DNA of 54,333 nt, the filler included, from Jimgerdemannia flammicorona (taxonomy: Eukaryota), in the NCBI GenBank assembly GCA_003990765.1. It is 2 parts of 2 records of this genome, joined end to end, with 100 filler letters (N's around TTAATTAATTAA, not from the genome) between each part and the next. Parts side by side here need not be neighbours in the genome. Positions count along the whole stretch, not along the records: positions 1 to 27,132 come from RBNJ01000660.1; 1 more part is not named here. One strand, 5' to 3'. The position numbers and the translations under genes were made by a program. The notes under the pieces are model-generated. The model did no database searches. It saw nothing but the letters and a program-made list of their open reading frames with translations, and was not told where the DNA came from. Below, piece by piece: positions 12,780 to 25,405 of the stretch; the stretch's first letter is position 1; every line of letters starts with the position of its first letter.

Positions 12780-15700
12780 CTTGTATAGGTTCATAGTACT
12801 TCTTGAGTCTGTTTCTGTATACCATAGTAGGCAGTATGGTCTCTGAGATTTTTCTAAGCCAGAAGGTAGTTCTCTTGATATCTTGCACATAGAAGGGTCC
12901 TTCCCATTTGGGCTCTAGTTTTCGCGACCATGAGGCTTCTATTATATTTCGATACAGTAGAACCTTTTCTCTGATTTAGATGGGTTCTAGGACCTTGTGA
13001 TTCTTTTCTGCATTCTTCCTTATCAGTACTTGTGACTTGGTGATGTAATCTTCAGCCTTCTTCCTGATTTGGTGTAGTCTCTGGATTTCTGCATCAACCC
13101 ATCTCCAAGTTAGGTCTAGATTTATGGCTGAGGTTCTATCAGAATCTTCTTCTCCAAAGAGCAGCTCTCTTGGGGTAAAGTATATGCTCTATGACTGTAT
13201 ATCTCATAGGACAGAGAGGGTGGTTGAGAGATAGTTATCCCAATTCTCATATGTCTCTGAGATCTTTGCTAGGATGTTCTTGAGGGTCTTGTTGGTTCTC
13301 TCTGTCTGTCTATTTCCTTGAGGGTGATATGCAGTGGTCTTGATGTGCTGGATCTTGTATTTCTGATATATTATCTCATAGAATCCATTGACAAATTCTG
13401 TGCCACGGTCTGTTGTGATTTGCTTTGGTGTCTTGTAGTGGTAGATAATTTCTCAGTACAGGAAGTTGGCTATAGAGAGGGCATTGGCTTCTTGTAATGC
13501 TCCTGCCTCTATCTATTTGGTGAAGAGGTCTATAATAACTATAATATAGCAGTTTCCTGATAGTGTTACTGATAGTAGTCCAATGATATCCATTGCGATG
13601 TAGTGGAAGGGGATAGGCTCAATTCTTAATAACTCAGGTGCCTGATCTTGCTGATCTTGTTTCTGTTTTTGGCACTTATCACACCCTTTGACAAATTGGT
13701 GCAGGTCTTCTTCCATCTTGGGCCACCATATAGTTCTTCTTACCTTGTCATATGTGTTGGTTTCTCCTAAGTGTCCTTGCTCATATACTTTCTTCATTAC
13801 TTGATACTTCTTATATTTGGGTATTATTAGCTTTCCTCTCTTTCTGAGTGTAGTGTTGTTTGGTTCAAACTGTTTTTAAGTCCAGTTGATGATGGTGGTT
13901 GTTCAGGGTTTGAGGTGGTTGGGCATCTTCTACTGCCCAAGATAGCTGATTAATCCATAGTATAGCTCCTTATTCATGTTGAATAGTCTTAATGGGGGTG
14001 TTTTGGGGTATCCTTGAGAGTGCATCAGCATTAGTGTTGGTCTTTTCTGAACAGTGCTTAATAGTATAGTCATACTCTTGCAGCCTGTAGATCTATCTGG
14101 CATATATTCCTTTGGAGTTCAGAGTGTGAAATAGCCAGGCAAGAGTGAAATAGTCTGTTTGAATAGTAAAGTATTTCTCAGCTAGGTAGTAGTGGAACTT
14201 GTCTACTGCCCAGACTACTGCTAAGCATTCAAGCTTGCATGACTCATAGTTCTGTTCTGCTCCATAGGTACCTCAGCTTACATAGGAGATGACATATTCA
14301 TATCCATCTTTCTTCTGAGCTAGGACTGCTCTAAGTCCTATAGTACTCGCATCTGTCTGCAGGATGAATTCTAGGTTCCAGTCTGGTCTTCTGAGGATGG
14401 GTGTTTGGGTCAACCTGGTCTTGAGTTCATTGAAGGTTTCTTGGTGCTTTTTGGTCCATTCAAATTTGATCTCCTTCTTCAGTAGCTCGTAGATAGGTGC
14501 TGCAATATTGGAGTATTTTTTGATGAACCTTCTGTAGTAGCTGGCCAGTCCAAGAAAGGTATGGACTTCTGTGGTTATTCTGGATCTCAGATAGGCTACA
14601 ACAGCCTCAATCTTCATGGGGTCTGTGTGGATTCTGGTCTGGTTGATGAGGTATCCTAGATAGGTGATTTCCTGAGCTGCAAACTTACATTTCTTGGGCT
14701 TGATGTAGAGGCCATGTTCCTTGAGCTTCTTGAGGATTAGCTATATGATTGACATATTCCTGTATAGTGTTGCTGAAGATGATCACATCATCAACATAGA
14801 CAAAGAGCTATTTTCCAATCTCATTGCTGAAGACTCTGTTCATCATTCGCTAAAAACTTGCTGGGGCATTGTATATTCCAAATGGCATTCACAGATAGAT
14901 ATAGATGGCATCAGGTGTGATGAAGGCTGATTTCTCACTGGCATCTTGAGTGAGACCAATCTGATGGAAGCCTGAGAACAGATCTAAGGTGGTGTAGTAT
15001 TTGGCTTCACTTCCAAGGGTGGTAAGGATTTCTTGAATATTTGGCAAGGGCTGCCTATCCTTCTTGGTGATGGCATTGAGTTTCCTATAGTCAATGCAGA
15101 GTCTTGGCATAAATTCTCCAGGCTTACTTCCTTTCTTCAGGGCAAGGACAATGGGTGAGGCCCAGGGACTGATAGCTTGCTTGATGATTCCAGCTTCTTC
15201 CATTTCCTTGAGTTCTGCTCGCAGCCACTCTCTGTAGGTAGGTGGTATGGGTCTGGCTTTCTGGTAGATGGGCTTGGTATCACTAGTGTCAACTTCGTGA
15301 TAGTACTTGGGTTCTTGGTTATGGATATCCCTAAAGTCTGTAGTAAGTACTCCTTTATTCTGATGCAGGATCTTGAGAAGTTGTTCCTCTAGGGGAAAGT
15401 TTTCTCCAATAGTATATGTGTGCTTGTTCTGGTCCTTGTCTTTCTTGTATTCAAGTTTGGTAATCTTGGTAGTGGCATAGGCTCCTCTTCCAGTAGATCC
15501 AAAGCCTTGTTCTCCTCTCTTGGTCTTGATGAGTTCAATGGCTTCTATGATCTTGGGCTTCTTGACTTTATAGATCAGCATCTGGCCAATCCTGTCATAC
15601 TTCTTGACTTTGAATGGGGTGATGTGGTTGTGATTTCTGACTATGAGGAAGATCTTACCAGTATAATCAGGGTCAATTACTCCTCCTTCAACTGAGATTT

Positions 15701-17990
15701 TGCTTTTGGCCAAACTGCTCCTGATTTTGATAATTCTGGCATAGTTCTCTGGCAGCTTAACTCCAATTCCAGTGCCAAGTAAGGTGGTGGTCTGTGGTTC
15801 AAGGGTAGCATCTTGAATGCTGACAAGGTCCATTCCTATGGCTCCTTCAGTCTTGTATTCTAGGATCTTGGCTTTAGGGTGAAACTTCTTAACCTTGAGG
15901 GTGATATCTGATTCTTATTCCTCCTCATCATCACTGTCAGCCTGAAGCTCTGGGGGCTGGTCATCTTCTTTGGCTTTCTTTTTTGCTTCAGCGGCTTCTT
16001 ACTCATATTTCTGTTGGCAGATTTTCCTGACTTCACTGATACAGGACCAGCAGTCATTCAGGTGTTCAGAGCAGTACATCCTAGTATCATGGGGGCATCT
16101 TTCTTGAGGGGCATAGCTATCAATGATCTTGTTGTACCACTACTCATCTGTGAGCTTGGGTGTCTTGTTCTTGTTCTTGTTCACTGAGTGCATGAAGACC
16201 TCTGTGTCCTCTTCATCTCCTTCCTCTATGTCTGGTAGGACTCCTTTATGGACATTGATAGAGACTCATATCTTTCTTCCTCTATAGTTGATCTGTATCT
16301 TCTGGGTATTGAGGTCAATGATGGCCTTGGCCTTGTGAAGCCATTGGTTGCTAATGAAGATGTTATAGTTGGTGGCGCTTGTAACAATCACATCTACTGG
16401 GATGGTAGCTCCTTCTATCTTGATGGGGACTTCTCGGATTTTGCCAAGGAAGGTAGCTCATGTACCATCTGCTATGACATAGACCATCTTGGTGGACTCT
16501 TCAATGTCCCAACCTAGATGGTCAATTGCCTTCTTACTCATAAGGTATCCTCCAGCACCAGTATCAATGATGGCATCAAAGATACAGTCTTTGATCTGGC
16601 AGAGGGTATAGGCTGATGTCTTGCACTGGTCTTCGGATTCTTCACCTGAGTTCTCAGATTCTTCTTGTGCATTGTAAGCTTCTACAATCTTGTACTCTTG
16701 ATTCTTGGCAGTAGTTGCAAGTCCTACTCTCAACTGCTGTCTGAAGATAGGGACTTTGGCTAGCTGTCCAAAGGTGGCATTGATCTTCTGTTCCTTGAGG
16801 TCCTTGTAGATACATATCATACTGGTGGATCTTGGTCTTGTGCAGCTTCTGTTCCTTCTTGCTTTTGCTTTCTCCTGAGACTGGAGTAGTGCCTTCTATG
16901 ATTTGGTGGACAGCTTTATCTAACTTTATGTCTTGATCAATCTCCTCGGATTGGGTCTACTTTGAATAGTGACAGCTAGAGTCTTCTTTGGTCTTCCAAC
17001 TGGCTTACTATTGCTCTTCTTATCATAGGGCTTGGACCAGGTTCTGGTACCTTCAGTAGCAGGATAGAATTCAAGCTCCTCATAGTATTCTTCATCATCA
17101 GTATCACCAATCTCCTCAATGACTACTGCATTGGTTTGTTCTCTAGTTCTGCTAGCATTACTTGGTTGGGCTTTACATCTTGTTTCAGTCATGCAACTCT
17201 TTGCATAGTGGCCTTCTTCTCTATATCTGAAGCATATGATATTGCATTCTTCTGTAGCAGCTACAAATCTCTGCACTGGTCTCCTGTTGATGCTTCAGAC
17301 TTCTCTAACGACATCACCAAGGTGTGCAGTCATCTCAGTGAACTGCTTGGCGAGTTCTTCCACTGGGTCAGCTTTGGCTATCTTGGGGGTAGATGGAGTT
17401 AGTTGTCTGTTCACAACTATAGCAGGTATGATACTAGTTGGCTTTGATGGCTCCATCTTGATGCCAGTTATTTTCTCCATTGAGTGTTCAGCAGAGTATC
17501 CTGGCAGTCCAATATCTCTGTGCAAAGACCACTTTCTGATCAAGGGTCAGTGCAGCTGGGGTAGACCAGATTGCTAGGGCAATTTCAGAGTGAACTCTTT
17601 TGAGGAAGGTTGAATCTGCTATTTGTTCCTTAAGGCAGTCATCATAGCCAGCCAAGACAATCTGGTAGTAGATTCAGATATAGAATGAGTTGGGATCTTC
17701 ACTAAGTCCCTAGCAAATAGTATTGAGTTGATCCTTGAGAGCTTGCTTGATCTCTTTGGTATAATATGTTGTTCTGAGAAAGACCTTCATGTTGGTAAGT
17801 TTGACTGTACCAGTATCAGCAATGGTGGCTGCATTGAACTTGTCTCTAGCAGGTCCTCTGAGGCTGACTGGTAGAAGGGCCAATTGTGCATCTACACCAA
17901 GGACTCATATAGTGGCGAATTGTTCAAAGTCTTCAATGAAGGTCAAGATTGACTCTTCAGTAGTATATCTATAGAATGTGGGGGGATGCA
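12780..17990 (-). pseudogene. gag-pol polyprotein of family A (stops and frameshifts)
   Basis: gag MHPPTF...FIEDFEQFA; zinc-knuckle relic CFRYREEGHYAKSC; protease AIIDTGAG; RT SPWASPIVL, LDLFSGFHQI, YVDDVIIFS; RNase H LQTDAS...DALSR; integrase GHLG...CDKCQ, TTDRGTEF, TTAYHPQ, KWEGPF. Confidence 0.95.
15489..15900 (-). pseudogene. dUTPase domain between protease and RT
   Basis: All five trimeric dUTPase motifs are recognisable: GMDL, IRSSLA, GVIDPDYTG, RIGQM, RGEQGFGSTG. Confidence 0.93.
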
Positions 17991-18097
17991 TTTCTATCTT
18001 ATCTTGAATTCTTGCAGAGGTGACTCTTGTAGTCAGGGTAGTTATTGTGGGGGTTGTTCATTTTTCAGCTTGAAAGTGAGGGATTCATCTTGAATCA

Positions 18098-18114
18098 CCA
18101 GCCAATGGGTACCA
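18098..18114 (-). promoter_or_regulatory. Primer-binding site (priming tRNA not identified)
   Basis: TGGTACCCATTGGCTGG begins 3 nt (ACT) after the 5' LTR end. Confidence 0.7.
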
Positions 18115-18631
18115 AGTTGTTATATAGTGGTCACTGAGTCCTTCAAATATGCCAGATTCTCTTCAAGATATATCTCTTAGACTAACTTAAGTTTGTTATA
18201 AGCAAGTTCTTATTGGAGTGCCTTCCCAAGGTCTTATAGTCCTCAAACTTCTTATCTTTAACTGTCTTGTTATCTCTTAGATTGCTTGCAAGAAAGTGTA
18301 TATAGGTGAACTTGACTGACTTTATTTCAGAAGAAATAAGAGGGGTATTTATATAAAATATAATTCAATAGTTATATACTAAGATATAAAGCTAAATATA
18401 AATTCCAATAACTAAAACTACTAAGTTCCTGGGTTGGTACTGATGGTTGTACAGGTTCAGGATACTGGTATTATTTAGTGTTATATCAAAATGTCAGTGC
18501 TGGAACAATTTTGTGTCACCTCAGAATACTGGTGCTGGCATTATCCAGTGTTACATGAGAATACTAGTGCTGGCATTATCCAGTGTTACATAAGAATACC
18601 AGTGCTGGTATTATCCAGTGTAACAAAGAAC

Positions 18632-19465
18632 TTAGAGCAGAAAGTTCAGAACCATGGGGGCTTCATCATCATCATCATCATCACTAAAGGAGATGAGATC
18701 CACGAATTTGTCATTTTTATATACTTTGATATCATGTGGGATGATGTTATTGCTGATGATGTCATCATATTTGGTGGCAGCAGAAACAAGGAGATCTGGA
18801 GCTCTCTAGTCTATGAGATTCTCTTTTACAAAATAAGGAACAAATGTGGGGTCTTGGTGAGATCTAACCTGGATACTTGGACCTTGGAATACTGAGATCA
18901 ATCCTTGCAGAAATTGGTCTGGGTTGTCCTGAAGGATGGGATACCAGAAGTCTTCTACTTTATCGCTGTTGAGGGTGATAGTGGACTGGGCTTCTGTAGC
19001 CACCCTGACTTCTAGTGCATTGATATGGTGGGATGATAGGTCTCTGAAATCTGAGACTCTAATATACTCCAAGTTGGGGATTGACTATGATATATGCCTG
19101 AAGATCTGATGGATCTTTTTAGCTGTCCTTATTTTGCATATATCCATAGGGGTAGCATCTTGTAGCTCTTGAGTGCTGGCCTATGGGAACTCCCGGCAGA
19201 GGAGGTTTCCTATTTCATACTCCTGCTATATTTAGAGGCATTCAGTAGCAATAGTGATCCTTGTTTCCATTTCATGGCAGTAGAGGATAAAGTGATAAGA
19301 GTCTGCAGTACCCAGGTTGATACTGGGAATCCTTCTTGTACAGGTCTCCATGGCTCTTCTGATGTCTTGGAACATCCTTTCTTCAACTGAGGTACCTTGA
19401 TGGTTCCTTGATCTTGAGATTTGACAGGCAGTAGGTATTTCATTTATGATAAGTCTTTGAGCTAT
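18632..19465 (-). pseudogene. LTR-encoded ORF of family A, second copy
   Basis: 834-nt frame colinear with 11367-12200: MFQDIRRAMETCTRRIPSINLG...EDFWYPILQDNPDQFLQG. Confidence 0.78.
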
Positions 19466-19468
19466 TTT

Positions 19469-20974
19469 TGTAAGAGGGTTGCTTTTTAGAGTAACCATTA
19501 CATAGTTCTGAAAGGGTTTTCTGGAAGTTCTGGATATTCTGGAAGATTATTTTCTTATGGTCAAGATCAATTTCATATAGAGTACATCCTCTATACTTAT
19601 TGATTTCAAGATCAGATTGATGTCTCAACCAAAGTCCTTTTTTGGACTAGTTCTGGATGTTCAGGATTTTCTGTATTTCAGAAAGTTCAAGAAACTAAGA
19701 CCAGCTTAGTTGAATTGGCATATCACTGTAGACAATACCCAATTAGAAAATTTCATGATGGAGTTAGGAGTGGAACCTAATAGAGAGTAGATTTACTTAA
19801 GAGTGGTTTATGGGTTATTAAATAGGTTTATTCGCTATTCATGATATTGCTATACTAGGAGTAGTTGTGTGAAGAGATATTGTGGGAAAGTATTGTGGAG
19901 AAGTATTCAGGAATGTTCTTATATATTCGAGTCTCAGATTCTGAGGTCTGGGGAAGGGGATATTTATACTAGTGAGGGGCTATCTGAACTATACTAGATA
20001 TGGATGTAGCACTAAGTACCTTGCTGAGTCGGAATGCAGTCATATAGTACAAGTGTGATCTGACATGTCAAGAGATCATCTGGCTGTTGAGTCAGTTCAC
20101 AGTTATGTCATACAAGACTAATCTAACTATACTATGACTGCTAAGCTATTTATAGGTTTAGGTACTATCTGGGTAGTCTTTGATGACATCACCATCAATA
20201 ACATCATTGCTGGCAAAGTCTGAACAGTTTTCTGACTTCTAATATTATCAGTTTCAAGATGTTGTCACTTCTATCTCTTACAAGATTAAGGCTGTCCTTA
20301 GTGGTAGTAGTTGTATAAGAATAACAGGTCTTGGTTCTCTTTTTTTTTGGTCTACTGGTGCATTTATAAGGACTGACCATTCTTATCTAGGGCAAGGGCT
20401 CTCAATGTCATGGCTGGGGGTTTGAACCTCTTGGAAATGATATTTTCTGTAATCCGAGGCAATTTCTAGTAGTAATATCTGTCATGTAGATGGCTTGAGA
20501 TTGGTTTTGATAATGTCAGCTTTCTTGAGTTCAGATGAAGTGTCCATCACTCTCCAATAGAGGTAATACAGATAGAGTGAATGGAGTTGTTCAAATGCAT
20601 TTTGTTTCTGCTAAGTAATGAGGTCTTATATAGTTACAGTGTATCTTGGTCTTGAGTTTGATAAGTGTAGTTCATAAACCTTTTGATGGGTGAGATAGGG
20701 TTCTTCTTGTCTCGATTTGAGTTTGGTACTTCTGGTTTCCTTTTGTAATAGTATAGTACACCAAACTAGTTTATAGAGGTTCAGAGTCAGTCTTATAGTT
20801 GTAGTACTTCTTCTAGTATTCTTATATCTTAGTAGTGGGTTCTCGTGCTTACTGGTGTATTTCATATAACTAGGTGATCTTTTCAGTAACTTGTTTTGTA
20901 GTCTCGCATATAGTTTTCAAATTAGTTCTGAGGATGTCATGCGATTTTGGTGGCTTAGAGGTTGTGTGCTTACA
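19469..20974 (-). mobile_element. Solo LTR of family B inserted in the 5' LTR of family A
   Basis: TG...CA ends and a 5-bp ATTTT duplication; the empty site in the other LTR has a single ATTTT. Reverse-complement homology to the ends of 24020-26081. Confidence 0.92.
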
Positions 20975-21284
20975 ATTTTGGGATTGGTGGTTCTTGTTGG
21001 TTGCTGCTACTGTAGTTCCTTGATTCTTCTTTTTATATTCTTCAGGATGCTTGTACTGTGGTCACAATGACTCACAGTTGGTCATCATTGCTCATCTTGT
21101 ATACTGTATGATCTTTTTGTACTCTGATCTGGTGGCTTGCAAGAAAAGGTTGTCTCTTGTGCTGATGTCATTATTCTGGGGTCACCATTATAATATATAA
21201 ATTTCTCATCTTTGGATCATTATTGATGAGTTTAGTTATGGTTCAAAATGACATATGTAGAATTATCTCTATATAAAAATAAGT

Positions 21285-22940
21285 ATGAAATTAGTATACA
21301 TTAAATCTACTATGGAACCAAAAAACTACAGTACTATTAGAAGTATTTTGAAAAAAGAACAGAGTGAAAAGATTGTACCATATATTTTCAAAGTACTTGA
21401 TACCAAAACTATTCAAGAATATTTGGATAAAGAGAGAATTACCTACAAAATCTACCAACAATTAGACAGTTTTAATAGAAGTATAAATATCTTTTACCAA
21501 GAAGATATTTCTAGACAAAGTCAAGGAGAATTAAATTCTAAAAAGTGAGAATTTCTAGAAACTTTCAAAGAACCAAAGAAAAAATAAAAATATAAAGAGT
21601 AAAGATATATAGAGGTAGTCCTATGTATTTTTTAATATATTGTATAGAAAAAATTTAACAAAACTAAACAAACTATACATAAAATATATATAGTAAATAA
21701 TAAAAATCTAACTAAATACAAGAAGACACTCTATTTTTTAGAACTTGGTTGCAGTTGTGGTTGCTCTACCAAAGTATCTAAAGAAGAGTTTGTCAAATTG
21801 TGTAAAGCCTTTTAAGTTCTTTCCAAGTCTGAACAAGACATCTTTTTAATAACTCAACTCAAGGCAATAGATAAGAGAGTTAATACTAGTCAATGCCTTA
21901 AGAATAGAGTTCATATCAATAAGAAAACTATCTATTATTGAGATTATAATACATCTCTTTACCAGAAGACCTATTTGAATATACTAGAAATTAGTTGAGC
22001 TCATTTTGAAAAATATCAGAAATTATTTACTGAATAATGGTCTTCTATTATAGCTCTATAGTAATACTAAAAAGATACTTAAGTAAAAGACCAAAATAGT
22101 TATTAATAAAAATATGACTATTATAGTAAAGAATTTTCTTTTGAATTATGCTGAAGTTCATGGCCTATCTAGTCTAGTAAGAAATATTAATTGAGTCACT
22201 CAATCAATTATCTTTTTATCTGCAGAAATAAGCTATAAATCTATTTACTATAATTTTTTAGCTAGTCTAGAAGATAGTACTCTGTACATACTCAAATATG
22301 ATATGTTTTGCAAATTATAGCATCAACTGACCCTATATATCCAAATTATAAGCCCCTGAATTAATTTATATAATACTTATTAATACTTATAAAATAATTT
22401 ATAATTTAAAGCTTATAAAGAAAAAGAGGCCTAGGATTTATTAAAGAAATATAAAGAGCACCTAGCCAAAGCCAAGTTAGAATAAAACTATTACAACAGA
22501 AATACCAGTTAGTAGAAGAATAGAGAAAGTTAATTGATTAAAATTATTCTATCATTATAGCAAAAGGTAAAATACTATATTATAGTATTGATATAGTTAC
22601 TCATTATAGTTATGACTGAGCTCAGAATATCTATATATCTCATTCAGATCAACAGATTGATAAAGTATATTTGTTTGATATCTAAAATAAAGTAATATGA
22701 GAGTAAATTAATTATATACTGAATGAGAATGAGCTTATCAGAAAGGGTCTAAATAGTGTACTTAGTCTGATTTTTGATAGAGTTAAGCAATTGAATAAAG
22801 GTAAAAAGTATCTAAAAATTACTTATAATAATATAGGTAAACAAAATAAAAATATTATTATACTTTAGTTTTACCTATACTTGGTAATTGCTGGTTATTA
22901 TAAAAGTATTGAATTAAACTTCATAGTTCTGAGATATATG
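21285..22940 (+). pseudogene. Heavily decayed Sola-like DDE transposase relic
   Basis: Recognisable blocks GCSCGC, EQDIFL, YAEVHGL, FLSAEISYKSIY, HYSYD*AQN, NYILNENE, ITYNNIGKQNKN (for DNxGGQNKN) and ELNFIVLRY (for FMVPGH). Confidence 0.7.
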
Positions 22941-24307
22941 TATGAATCTGAGAAATAGATTTATCATAAATTTAGATATAGAATAAGTTTGGCTATAAAT
23001 TATAGGTATTTCTGCTTCTTTTATTTATATTTTTATAGCTTTTTTGTTAAGTTCTCATCTAATTACTAAATCAGTAGCAAATGATTTAGATTTCATTTTT
23101 TATATAAGTTCTTAGCATACTTCTTTAATTTGGTCTCAGGTTTCTTAGTTAATAGTATTGATATTATTAGATAAATGATTTTTGATAGAGATTACTATAT
23201 TTCCTATTTTGCTATAATTTGGTAACAATTTTGCTTCTCTTAGCAATAACAGTATTATTTTCTGTTGCTTAAAAAACTTTATTACTTTCTCAGCTCTTTT
23301 TTGAGAGAAAGCTTTTCATAAAGCTCTTTTAATTCCTAAACTTCTATAATTTTCTTTATATTTAAGAACAATTCACATATAAAAATAGAGTGAGTTTTAG
23401 ACAGTAATTGGTCCTATTGATATACCAATTTTGTAACCCTCTAGATTACATATCTTGTTAACTTTTCTACAATATTCTAAAGTATTAGCAAAATTTTTAA
23501 TCATTCTTATCTAGTAATTTCTTTAAAATTTTCAATATAATATCTAGTACATAGTGCTAAATGACCTCTAGTATTTGGTCTTAAAACAATACCAGCAGTT
23601 ATCCTATCTTTTGTAGAGATTTAAGATTTAAGCTCTTTTTTTTAAGAAGTTTTATTTTGTTATATATATATATATATGACAAACTATTTTACTTTCTTCT
23701 ACACTTTTTGGACAAATATAACTTGAAGTATTATCTAGTTTTCAAGAAAAGTGTTTATTTTGCTCACCTCTTTTAATTTTTTTATAACAATTCTAACATT
23801 GAGAGCATTTATATCCTCAACTGTCTTTATAAGTGGTAATATCTCAATTAAGTATGATTTGATATTAATTATAATAAATAGTTATTCTATCTCATCTACT
23901 ACTATCTTTTTGATTAATAATTCTTATTCTGAAAGATCAATCAAAAATTTCTTTATTTTTACATTTTTGTAAGACTTGATTAAAGAACTTTATTTTATTT
24001 CTTTCTCAATCTTTATTAGTATAAGCGCACAACCTCTAAGCCACCGAAATTACACGTCACCCTCTGAACAAGCCACTGAGATCACACGCGACCTCCAAAC
24101 AAATCTGGAAATCACCTGCTTGATCACAAAGCTGAGTCAAACTGAAGTCACAGCGCATAAAGCTGAGTCAATACGAAGTCACGGAACACAAGATCTACAC
24201 AAACGGAACATTACCAATCAGGACCAAATGCATATATACTGAGCACCAAGACGCGTCAAGTCAGAGAACCAAAACAAACAACAACCACAACTTCCAAACA
24301 CACAAAC

Positions 24308-25405
24308 ATGACCACTGAGATCTACAACTGCATCCGCACTGACATTTGGAATGCCATTGACAACCGAGCTACACCCCCTCTGCCCCTCATGAATATCCAT
24401 AGCCTGGCCCCCCTCTACTTCGTGGAAGCCCGATGGAATGCCCTGAACATGCTTAGCGAGGCCCACCGAATCGGACAAATCTCAAGCTACTACCAGATCA
24501 GCCGCCTCTTGGAAGACATGGTCGAACACCACCACGATACAGACATTACCCAGATGTCTCAACACCAGAAGCTCATCGCCCGCAAACATCGAGAACTCTT
24601 CTATGAGTACAATACCTTTATTCTCCGCCTCCGAGTTACTACTAGCGAAATGGTTGCTACCCTGTCCTACGGCCAAATTGATGACATAATACAAGAAATC
24701 AACCACAAGTACCTCGAGTATGTCGAAACTACAGACAGAACCTTCCCACACCCCGATGACCATATCCTGCAAATGCCTCAAGTCGGATATGCCATGAAGG
24801 ATGTCTACGATATAATCCACTTCGATGAAGATGAAGCAGAAGACAACGACCCCTCTGACACCGATATGACCTCTAGCCAAGGATCTCTGCCAACCCTAAT
24901 CACTCCACCAACCTTGCCAATGAACTTACAACAGTTCATAACTACATACGAGACTTATTGAGACAATGACCACTGGCATGAATACCAACCCGCATTCACC
25001 CCCGATTACTTCAACTACAATGAAGAGACCGGAGAACACAACCTGTACCTTCAGATAACCCTCGAGATTGAACCAACCACTCCACCACCCAAGTACGAGC
25101 GACTTGAATCACAGCCGCCAGCATACTATAACCCCGCAACTCATAGTGCTGTAACCTATAGAAGGTACGCAGACAGTAAATCCGATGAAAGCGAAGACAA
25201 TACACCCATCCTTCACCCACCAATACCTTACCCAGCATATGAAACAGACGATGCTATTCTGTGGGACGGAGACGAAGTCCCAATGTATTACTACCTCAGC
25301 CAACAAGGAGAAGTAATCCATGAACCACTCTTCCTAGATGACTACTTCATCAGAGATGATGCAATTGATGGTGATGTCATCGAAGACTACCCAGATAGTG
25401 CCTAA
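24308..25405 (+). CDS. LTR-encoded (U3) ORF of family B, 365 codons with one internal TGA
   Basis: The 217-aa ORF continues in frame past TGA 24959-24961 for a further 147 sense codons to TAA 25403-25405. It has an acidic, proline-rich C-terminal half and lies entirely within the LTR. Confidence 0.8.

Larger units (their letters stand above)
9617..21192 (-). mobile_element. Full-length decayed Ty3/gypsy LTR retrotransposon with dUTPase (family A)
   Basis: Two direct-repeat LTRs, PBS, PPT and gag-PR-dUTPase-RT-RNaseH-IN order. ATAT flanks both ends (9613-9616 and 21193-21196). Confidence 0.95.
18118..21192 (-). repeat. 5' LTR of family A (about 1.56 kb plus inserted solo LTR)
   Basis: Colinear with 9617-12416. 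TATAAATACCCC box on the minus strand at about 18342-18353. Confidence 0.93.
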
